From Fonticula-like sp. SCN 57-25 (taxonomy: Eukaryota): a stretch of 33,961 bases of DNA. Positions 22,203 to 31,906 of the stretch are shown piece by piece. Under the pieces are notes generated by a model. That model was not told the DNA's origin. It did no database searches and saw nothing but the letters and a program-made list of their open reading frames with translations. Numbering within the stretch: the stretch's first letter is position 1; each line of letters begins with the position of its first letter. Where the stretch lies: the NCBI GenBank assembly GCA_001724245.1, contig MEDX01000001.1, forward strand, positions 62,001-95,961, read 5' to 3'. The position numbers and the translations under genes are program-made.

Positions 22203-24374
22203 TTACTTGGTCATGTGCGGGTACGTGTAGTTGCTGATGGGGACAAACGAGTCCTTGATGGAGCGCGCCGACGTCCAGCGGAGCAGGTTGAGCATCGAGC
22301 CGCTCTTGTCGTTGGTGCCCGAGCGGCCGCCGCCACCAAACGGCTGCTGGCCAACAAGCGACCCAGTCGACTTGTCGTTGATGTAAAAGTTGCCGGCCGC
22401 CTATTAGACAGAGAAAGAGCGAGTTAATGGCCGAGGAAAGAGTGGCTGAAAGGGTGAGCGCACATGGCGAAGGTCGTTGGTGAGCTTGTTGATCGTCAGG
22501 CGGTCGTTGGCAAAGATGCTGCCGGTGAGCGCGTAGCCGCTCTTGTTCGTGGCGCAGCCAGCAATGTACTACACATACCTTATTAGCCTCTATACAACCA
22601 TCAAATGCTAGAAAAGCGCACCTTTTCGACCTTGCTGTCCTCGTACGGCACGACCGTCAGGATGGGCGAGAAGAACTCGGTCGTCATCAGCTTGCAGTTG
22701 ACGTCGTTACTCTCGACGATGGTCGGCTCGATGATGTAGCCGACCGAGTCGTGGCCGCGGCCGCCGCAGAGCACCTTGTACGTGTCGGGGTTGGCCGCGG
22801 CGTACTCGAGCGCCTTGACGGAGCGGTCATACGACGCCTGTAGAGCAATATGTGTCAGCAAACAAAGAAAAGGTGATCAGAGAGACGAACGCGGTTGATC
22901 ACGGCGGTCACAAACGTGTCCATCTCGTCAGGCTGGCCAATCTTGAGCGACTTGGTCTTTTCCACGAGCTACGAGACAGTTAGCCAGGGCTTCCACAACC
23001 ACAATCACGTGTGCGTACCGGGTCGCGGATGCGCTCCCAGATAGAGTTGGGCACGTACACGCGCGAGGTTGCCGAGCACTTTTGTCCGTTGTACTCGAAC
23101 GCGCCGCGGATGCTGCCACGTGCGTCAGGCTACAATATCAAGAGTCAAAAAGGAGCGCACAGGCTGTTGATGATGTTGTCGTCCTGGCCGACGGCCGACG
23201 GGTGCACAAAGCAAAAGTTCTTGCCGCCCGTCTCGCCGACGATGCGCGGGTACGCCTCGTACTTGTTGAGGCGCTTGGCAATGTCGCCCCAGATGGTGTC
23301 AAAGGTCTTTGTCGAGCCGGTAAAGTGGAGGCCGCCCATCTGGCGGTCGCGGATCATGGCCTTGCTCGTCTCGACGCCGCCGGGAAGGAACTGGATGACG
23401 CCGTCGGGGAGACCGCTCTCGCGCAGGATCTGGTAAATAAGGTAGCTGCCGAGAAGCGCGTCCGACGACGGCTTCCAGAGGACGACGTTGCCCATCTGCG
23501 CGGGGCCGCAGCACAGGTTCGAGCCGATGGCTGCAGGGTTGTTAGCCATGATGACCTGACGTCAACGGCGCGCACCCAAAAAGTTGAACGGCGTGATGGC
23601 CGTGACGTAGCCGGTGAGCGGGCGGTAGTCCATGCGGTTCCAGACGCCAAACGAGTTCTCCGGCGGCTGCTGGCGGTAAATCTGCTCGGCTACTCCTGGT
23701 GTAAGTCGCCGCGGCCGCAGTGTGCACATGAGACGTACCGTACTTGGCGTTGAAGCGCCAAAAGTCGATGGTCTCCACCGCAGCGTCGATCTCTGCCTGC
23801 CAGGCGTTCTTGCCGGTGCCGAGCATGGTCACGGCATTCACCTCGGCGCGGTACTTGGTCGAGAGGAGATCGGCGGCCTTGAGGAAGACGGATGCGCGCT
23901 CCTCAAACGGCAGGTCTACCGAACAATAGTCAGTAAAACACCACAAAAGTGTGTATGTGCAACGCACTTTCCCACTGGGCCTTGGCCTTGAGGGCGCCCT
24001 TGATGGCACGGTTGACCTGCTCCTTGGTCGCGTTCGTGCCCTTGGCGATGATGTGCGCGTGCTTGGTGGGCATGCGCTGCTTGATCTCGCCTTCGCCGTC
24101 CCATTCCTCCTTTCCGTTAATGATGATGGGAATGCGCTCCGTCGGGAGCGAAAGGCGCTTGGCCAGCTCGGCCTGGAGCGCTATTAACGTGATTCCGTCA
24201 GCAAGGCAAACCATCGGGCACGCGTCGATTCGCACCGGCGCGCTCGGGAGTTCCAGGCGCATGCGAGAGCATAGGCTCATTCTTGACGTTGGGAACGGTG
24301 GCAAAGCCCGTGCTCGCCGAGCGGCAGAGCGTCGAGCTGAGAGTCGAGCTCCGGAGTGAAACGCGCGACAGCAT
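22203..24374 (-). CDS. ALDH4A1: Mitochondrial delta-1-pyrroline-5-carboxylate dehydrogenase (PUT2/ALDH4A1), 9 introns
   Basis: Presequence MLSRVSLRSS, GKNAWQAEIDAAVE, TPFNF, FTGST, GETGGKNF, FEYNGQKCSA, AGNFYINDKSTG, FGGGRSGTNDK. Confidence 0.96.
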
Positions 24375-24924
24375 CCTTGTCTGTTGGTTCAAGAGGGGTC
24401 GACGATGTGAGAAAATCAGCGGAGGGTTCTGATTGGATGTCCCTGCGAGCGCGGCCTTTTGATTGGTCCCGTCACTCGGGGAACAGTAGGACGGATATGC
24501 GAGGGGTTCTTTGGGGATCATTGCGAGAAAACACTGCATGCTTGCATTGTATTATTGCTGCTGTATAGCTGCGCTTGCCTAAATACCCAAAGTGGTCGCA
24601 CTGCGAGTATAGTACCTGGTATACATTGACGAGTGCGCTCGGCAGCCTATGATACGGTAAAAGGAGCAGCCTGTCAAGATTACTGTACTAATGTACTATA
24701 CCATACGGTATAGTATTGCATTACTTGAATTATGAAATTAGTACCGAATGCTATTTCGTTAATGTCTTTTTGATCTTCTAGCATGCTTTTGAATAATTAC
24801 AATGGTCACTTTATTATTATCGTGCTTTCTCGGTAAACATCTACACCGTCATATCTGGTATTTGCTTCACTATTGAATGCAAAAGGACGTTACTGTACCA
24901 ATATGATATGCGGCGAAGCATGCT

Positions 24925-25362
24925 CTAATTGACGCCAATGTGCTTGGTTTCGGGCTTTGTGACCTTGGTCTTGGGGATGTTGACGTAGAGCACGCCGTCC
25001 TTGTGCTCCGCGGTGATGCCTTCCGTGTCCACGTTCTGCGGCAGTGTGAATGAGCGAGAAAACTTGCCAACGGTGCGCTCGGTGCAGTGCATCTTTCCCT
25101 CGTCAGAGGTGGATTGCTCGTCGATGCTGCCGCTGATGCGGAGCACGTCTCCGTTCAGGTCGACCGAGACGTCCTCCTTCTTGGCGCCGGGAATGGAGGC
25201 AGACACGACAAAGCTGGCGTCGGTCTCGCGGACGTCGCAGCTGGGCTTCCAAATGGCAGCAGGAGTCAGTGCAGGCGACTGAGTGATGGCCGAGCGCGGC
25301 AACATCCAGACAGGCGAGGACGAATCAAAGATGCTGTCAACGAAACCGCGGGTAAGCGCCAT
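24925..25362 (-). CDS. Small heat-shock protein (HSP20/alpha-crystallin), intronless
   Basis: WKPSCDVRET, PGAKKEDVSV, ERTVGKFSRSFTLP, DGVLYVNIPK; TATTTAA about 85 bp upstream. Confidence 0.93.
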   Translation of the reverse strand: MALTRGFVDSIFDSSSPVWMLPRSAITQSPALTPAAIWKPSCDVRETDASFVVSASIPGAKKEDVSVDLNGDVLRISGSIDEQSTSDEGKMHCTERTVGKFSRSFTLPQNVDTEGITAEHKDGVLYVNIPKTKVTKPETKHIGVN

Positions 25363-25705
25363 GGTTGCAGAGATTGCTGTCGAATAGGTGATGTGGTGTA
25401 GGAGAAAAAGAAAAAAGTTACTTTCGGGGGTGCTGTGGGCGTGAGGTTAAATAGCCAGCAAAGCCGAAACGAATTTCGGGCTTGCCGCATGGAAAACAAT
25501 TACATCACCATGCCACTAGCAGTGTGCTGCTGAAACATGGGTCATAGTAAAACGCGCATCGTCGCGGCGCAAACGTGTCGTAAAAGACAAGAGAGACGCA
25601 AATGAAAACCTCTCTCACGTGGGTATGCTAGCGCAAAGGCGAGCGACTATGCATGCAACCCTGTTTCACAATGCAGCGCGTAAAACGCGACAGGTTGACG
25701 TCATC

Positions 25706-26715
25706 ATGATTCGTGGGGCGCGCTGCGGAGCCACGGCTTTTCGGTCATTCAGCACATCGTACGTCGCTGCGGGAGGGTAAAAGGGTGACGTGGGCGGTTC
25801 TTCGCTATAAATAATGGAAGGCATTGGGCGGTGTCTGTGTGACTAGTCACAGCGTCCACCATCTAAGATGATTCGAAGCCGAAGATAGCGACGACCCATC
25901 GCGCGTACCCTTGGTATTGCGAACCACTAACACCCCGCGGCACCGTTTACAGCACTCGCTTGCACAAGATATACACCCGCACCGGCGATGGCGGTACGTC
26001 CAGTTTGTTTAACGGAGAGCGCCGGCCAAAGGAGGACGCCGTCTTTGAGGCACTCGGGACCACAGACGAGCTTAATTCGGCACTCGGACTCGCCAACGAG
26101 TTTTGCATAGAGAGCGGCAACGGACTCGACACATTTATCGGAAAGGTATGTTTTTGCTGAACTCTATGGGGTGTTAACCAATCGTAGGTCCAATTTCGTC
26201 TTCTCGACGCCGGCGCCAACATCGCTACGCCACGTTCAGATGCTAACGAAAAGATGCTCCGTACGGACTCGCGCGCCTTTCCTGCCGCAGTGGACACTCA
26301 TTGTTTTTTTCTGTGTCGTTTATAGAACGGACACAGTTTGATCCCGAAAATGAGCTAGTCAAGGAAATGGAGCTCGAGATCGACCGGCTCGACCAGCAAC
26401 TGTCGCCGCTGAGAAACTTTATCCTTCCGGTATGATGGGTTTGCCCGCCGCCGCGCAGCATCTCATTTTCTTTTTTGTGCACTCTAGTCTGGCGGAAAGG
26501 CGAGCGCGTCGCTTCATATGGCACGCAGCATCTGCCGCCGCGCCGAGCGCCGCGTCGTTCCCCTCGTGCAAGAGCAGCAGGCCGACAAGCAAGTTGCAGT
26601 CTACCTCAACCGGCTCAGCGACTACCTGTTCACCGCAGCGCGCTTCGCGGCCATGAAGGAGAACAAGCAGGAGTCGCTCTACTTGCCAAGGAAGAAGAAG
26701 GACGATGGTATGTAA
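25706..26715 (+). CDS. MMAB: ATP:cob(I)alamin adenosyltransferase (PduO type), mitochondrial, 4 introns
   Basis: Exon 1 (25706-25758) spliced to 25953 gives [32 protein letters not shown]; also [35 protein letters not shown]. Confidence 0.93.
25759..25952 (+). ncRNA. Structured 194-nt intron 1 of MMAB; candidate cis-regulatory RNA
   Basis: GTACGT..CTAAC..ACAG; nested stems 25766-25773/25934-25941, 25781-25786/25907-25912, 25791-25794/25895-25898, 25802-25808/25885-25891, hairpin 25838-25851. Confidence 0.4.
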
Positions 26716-27050
26716 CACCGCGCATGTTTACAGAGAACAGGCATGTACTACATCAAACAGCCATGTAAATAGGAATGAGGGCAAAACGCAATATATGATT
26801 TCAGTGTTCAGCCATATTTCAGCATTTACAGTATACATTGTATGGAAGCATAGAAATTTAGCAGTGGCACAGCATTGGACGCAGTATCCCATGCGTTTTC
26901 AGCGTAAAATATCACTAGTCTTTCAAATCACTTTCATGTTACTGTCAAGATCGTCTCAATCTTAGACGTGAAACCTGCTCGAGAGACGGAAAGCATCTTC
27001 GTGCTGACCACCAAGCCAGACCACACCATAAACAGTGGCGAGGGGCGGCC

Positions 27051-30000
27051 ATGCAGAGCGTCCAGTCAAAGTTCGAGTCCTTGCGGACTGTCCGCAAGCT
27101 CAAGAGCAAGATGACGTACTCTGGGCCGTCGGTAGAAGTCGATGTTGACGAGAATGCGTTCCATCCGAGGCTGGTGCGCCCCTGGCATGATGCTGCAATG
27201 ATCGCTGACCATGCCGCGGGAATAGGTCAACAGACATGGCGTTTTACACGGGTGCTCGGCGATGGCCTTTGACTCGGTGCACTGCCTGCTTGCGATGGGT
27301 ACACGCTACGGCGATATGAAAGTGTACGCCTTGATGCTGCCTTGCCGATGGTTCCTGACGCGATTCTAGGAGCGGCATCGATGGCGCCGAGGTGCTGGTG
27401 CCTGGCCACCATCAGGCGCCCATAACGACCCTCGCCTTTGTCACCAACGAGCATCTCCTGCTGTCGCTCGACAGCGACAATACCGTGCGGACGTGGTCGT
27501 TGCTTACGAAGCAAGGCGCTGGTAAGGCGGTGGCCACGGAGAAGACGTCGTGCATGGCGGTGCCGTTCAACAGCAAGGTCGCCTACATGGGGACGCACTC
27601 TGGGAGAACGCTCATATTCGACTATGCCTCGGCCAAATTCACGCAAGAGTCTATTCCTTCTGCCGGGTCGGCCGTGCACGCCGTCGCGTGCATCGCTTTT
27701 GCCGGCGACGACTCGGTCCTCATCGGCTACGACTCTGGCACGATCGCCCTCTGGGACACAAAAAAGCGCACCTTTACAGCGCAATTCTCGGCAAAGTCGG
27801 TGCGTTCTGTCACGTGAATTGCTTTTGTGTGCTTATAGGATGCATTCGCAGCCCGTCACGGCGCTCAGCTGGCACACGAGCGGCCAGCAGTTTATTTCAG
27901 GCCACGAGAACGGCTCTGTCCGCGTGTGGGCCGCGCGCTCTCCGGACGCGTCGATCATGGACGTCAACGTCACCATGGAGCAGTCGCGGCGGAGCCCCAT
28001 CACTGGCCTCGCCTGGTCGCGCGCCGGCGGACCCGCGCGGGCCAAGGACGCCGCGTCCATCATGGTGGCGGGCGGTCTCTGCTCGTACGAGCCGGCGGGC
28101 GTCGTGATCCTGCACGGCGAAAACTACAAGGAGCGGATCCTAATTCCCTTTGACGGCGAGTGCGACGAGTTTATTGTTGCGTACGACAACCCGTACGTTG
28201 ACGTGCAGTCGGACCCACTGGGTATCATCGCGCGCTCGGGAAACTCTATCACTGTGCACGACGTTCTCTTTAAAAAGGGGTACGTTTGATGGAATTGACG
28301 CGCACCGCTGACACTGTTATATAGGCAGCTGCAGCCCATCGCGCCTGCGCCCCGCCTGGGGTACCCGACGGCGACGGCGATCAGCGACCCGATGTTTTGC
28401 ACGCTCGAGCTGTTCAACTTTCTGAGCACGCTGAGCGAGCAGGGCGCGGGCATGGCGCCGACACTCGAGGTCAACGACGTGATTGACGGCGGAGAATGCA
28501 GTGTCGCGCCAGTCGACTTTGCGCGCTGCACCATCTTGGCCACCGGGTACGCGCGCTGGCCATCTAGAGTTTCATGCTTACATGCTGTGCGTCCAGGCAC
28601 GATGACGGCGTGGTGCGCATCTGGGAAAACGGCCCGTCTTTTCTACGATGCGTCACGACGATACACCTGCACGCGCACATCACGAACACGGGGCGCTACT
28701 CGCCCGTCAGCGCGGTGCGCCTGTTCATGTACGACGGCATCTGCTTCTTGACGGTCGGGCTGCGGTCGGGCCACCTGCTGCTGTTCCGCGTCGGGCCCGA
28801 CTCGCTGCGCCTCATGGTCAACAACGAGGCGGCCAAGGGCGGCATCGAAGTCATCTCTGTGCTCGCCGAGCGCTAGTGCGGCTTTTCTATTAAAATAATT
28901 GGCGCTGCTCACGTGTGCGGCGGTAGTATTGTTGCGGGCGACCGTCTTGCGAGCATCCTCGTGCTGGACCTGCAGTCTGGTGCCGTGCGCCACCTCAAGC
29001 TGTGCGACGAGCGCGTGGCGGTCACCTGCTTTGACACGTTCAACGTCGAGGACCCGCAGACCGGCGCGACGACGCATTGCCTCTACTGCGGGCTGGAGAG
29101 CGGCACGGTCGTCGTGGTCGACCTCAAAAAGATTGCCGTTTTGTCATCATTCATAGCCAAAAAGGTGCGTCAATGTGCTTTTTCGTTATTGTGACTAACG
29201 TAATGCGCAGCCATCGCGTTGCCTGCTGATCGCCGCCTTTGACCCGATGTGGAACTGGGTGTCGGACAATGCCGTCGTCCAGTACAAGACGCGGTACACG
29301 TTTGCCAAGGGCCCGTGGGCGAGCGATGAGGGCCCGTGCCCGCTCGTGGTCGTCTCCGAGCACCACATCCGCGTCTACTCGCTCCCCGACAATGTGTACC
29401 TCTCCAAGGAGACGCCCGAGGGAACGCTCCGCACGGCCATCGTCAAGGAGCTCGGCGGCGCGCTCTTTATCGTCGCGCTCATGGAGACCGCGCCAGAGGA
29501 GAACTTTGTCATTGCGTTTTCGCTGCCGACATTCCGCATCATCATGCGCTTTCCCGTCACCTTCCCCGTCAAGTGCGCTTTATTACCATTTTTGGTAGCG
29601 GTTTCTTACAAGTATGGCATAGGAATGCGCGCCACGCGCTCATGTTTGCAAAGGATGACGAGATTGTTGTGCTCACGGGCGGCGCCGAGCTCGTCCGCAT
29701 CTCTCTCTTTGACAACCAAGTCAGGTGCGCCTTTCCCCCTTTAGCCCCATTTTCCAGCTAACCGGCTTTTTTAGCGTTGCCTCGCGGTCAGCGCGCATTC
29801 TGCTGGCCGATCCCGACCGCAAGGCGCCGCCAAAGCTCGTAAAGTCGGTCGGCAGCACGTTCAAGAAAATGTTTCGAAAGACGGGCGGCGGCGGGCCGGC
29901 GACGTACCGCGACAAGGACGAGGGTCACAGCGAGGAAAAACTGCGCGAAAAGGCAGAGAAAAAGGCCGAAAAGGAGGCGAAGAAGACGCGCAAGCATGAG

Positions 30001-30144
30001 GGGTCCGAGTCGACGTCGATGGCCGGGTCCGAGACGGTGGCCAGCGAGGGTGGGTCGTCCGCGTCGGCGCCGACAAAGGAGAAGAAAAAGGGATTTAAAA
30101 AGACAGCAACGTCGATATCCAAAGCACTCAACTTTAAGAAATAA
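27051..30144 (+). CDS. Lgl/tomosyn/Sro7-family WD40 protein, 9 introns
   Basis: RHGVLHGCSAMAFDSVHCLLAMGT..., ITTLAFVTNEHLLLSLDSDNTVRTWSL, LSWHTSGQQFISGHENGSV, ILATG|HDDGVVRIW match the Lgl/tomosyn propellers. Confidence 0.82.
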
Positions 30145-30692
30145 CTCTTTGCCCTGTACATATTCAATCGCGCCATGCCGCAATAAACCTGTATTTTGAT
30201 CCATCGTGTTCCATGTAGGGAAAGGGCCAAGTGTGAATATGTACATGAATACGTGCCACAGTAAACAAACATATTATGGGCGTGTATCGTAGGAATATAG
30301 TACAAAGCGGATATCGTTCTTATTTTGTGCCTAGAAGCGTTGAAAATGTATCTATTTTCTTTTCTATGCTTTGAATTTTTATTTCGATCTCTTGATCCAA
30401 TCATGCCCACGTGGACGTTTTTTGCTTGTTTTTACCAGTTTTTTACGCTTTCCTTTCCGAAAGGGACCGTTTCGAACAGGCCGCTTGTCAGGAAAGGTGA
30501 ATTCGAAATCCCTTGTAACTTTACGTGCCTCGAGTTGACTGCTACCGGCGTCTGTTGCGAGCCGCTGTAGCATCACTGTTGAGCGCCCCTCTTTCCTTCT
30601 TTCCCGGTAGCCTGCCCGAGAGAGCGCCTCATCGGCCCTCTATTCGCGCCCCATTTCCCCTCGACTTGACGCGTTGACGTACGCCGATAGCC

Positions 30693-31466
30693 ATGGTACA
30701 TCAGCTTGCGCCCGCGCGGTCGCACTTTTCCGAGATGCCGCAGAGCCAAGACGCCAAGTGCAGCCGCTTCCGGTGCAACTACTGCAATAAGGTGATGGCG
30801 GACAACACGACGCGCTTCACGAGCCATCTGGCAACCTGCGAGACTGCCCCGAGCGATCTTCGGGAGCGCATGCGCTCCCTCGCGCGCGACAAACTCTCGC
30901 CCCTTGTGAAGCCCGAGGCCATGGGTCGCGCTGCTGCGTCTGCGCTTTCTGCGAGCTTTGGCTCGTCGAGCAAGTCTGGGACGCCGCCGCCGTCGACGCG
31001 CACCGGCGCCCCCATCGTGTTCACCGAAGAGTCGCTGCGCCTCGCGCGGCTGCTCGGCCTCGCCCTCCTGTCGCTAAATATGCCGTTCAACGCGGTCGAC
31101 AATGAGCACTTTCGTAATTTGATTCACGCGCTGCGCCCGTCGTTTGAGCTGCCGCCGCCCGAGGAGCTGCTGCGCATCGTCGTGGATCAGGTGTACGCGG
31201 CCGCCACGGCCCCCGCGTCGCTCGCCACGCCGCCGCACCCAAGCACGGCGCACATCATCAGCCTGTTGTCGGCGAACGTGTACCCTCAGGCGGCCGCCAC
31301 GACCTCGTCGCAGCAGGCGCCCTCGCAGGACGCGCACAGCCCGTCGCCCGGCGCGCCCCCGGCCCTCAACGCTGCCGCGGCATCAATCGGGTTTCCCCCG
31401 GTCGTCGTCCCAAATATCGCAGGCTCATTGAGTGTCGCGAGCCCGTCAAAGAAGGAGAGCATGTAG
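30693..31466 (+). CDS. BED zinc-finger protein derived from a hAT transposase N-terminus, intronless
   Basis: HF...RFRCNYC-x14-HLATC BED finger; NMPFNAVDNEHFRNLIHALRPSFELP hAT segment; low-complexity P/A/S/Q tail. Confidence 0.8.
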   Translation: MVHQLAPARSHFSEMPQSQDAKCSRFRCNYCNKVMADNTTRFTSHLATCETAPSDLRERMRSLARDKLSPLVKPEAMGRAAASALSASFGSSSKSGTPPPSTRTGAPIVFTEESLRLARLLGLALLSLNMPFNAVDNEHFRNLIHALRPSFELPPPEELLRIVVDQVYAAATAPASLATPPHPSTAHIISLLSANVYPQAAATTSSQQAPSQDAHSPSPGAPPALNAAAASIGFPPVVVPNIAGSLSVASPSKKESM

Positions 31467-31906
31467 GTTGTGCGTGTGCTTGGCAAAGTTGTTTCTGTTG
31501 TGTTGAGCTCTTTTTGTGTCTGTTTTGCTTTCGCGGCCCGCCATGCGGTCGGGTCGTGGAAGCATGTTGTAGCATTTCAATGAAAAATAAAGAACCTTAC
31601 CTGGTATGATACACACGTGCGCTTTACATTACAGTACTTGTGTCATTTGTGCACGGACTGTGAAAGTAGAAGGCAGAGCGACCCGCAGTGGCCATGATGC
31701 GCTGCTCGATGGCAGACTCGCGATGCAAAGGGAATCAAACGAGGCTGTCGCAGTACATATTGTCAAGCAATAGCGTACTATACAAGGATACAGGAGGCGC
31801 TGCACAGGAGCCTAAACTGTAGAGCGGCTCGCAAGCACAAACACGCCAAACCTTCCCCTGATGACGGATGACGTCAACAAAATATTGTTACCACCCGCCA
31901 GCAACG

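Noticed and set aside
25363-25705. Heat-shock elements upstream of HSP20
   Set aside because: No correctly spaced GAAnnTTC arrays; only an inverted repeat CCGAAA-CGAA-TTTCGG near 25464-25479.
25759-25952. Intronic snoRNA in MMAB intron 1
   Set aside because: No CUGA D box; ANANNA and ACA words exist but the best pairings span the whole intron rather than two H/ACA hairpins. Not fully excluded.
30440-30580. Possible structured ncRNA upstream of the BED gene
   Set aside because: Only short local hairpins, no family motifs; consistent with promoter or UTR sequence.
31861-31906. ATG at 31861 as the EGCrP start
   Set aside because: Out of frame with the conserved spliced product; ATG 31907 gives GRWFT|DQHGR.
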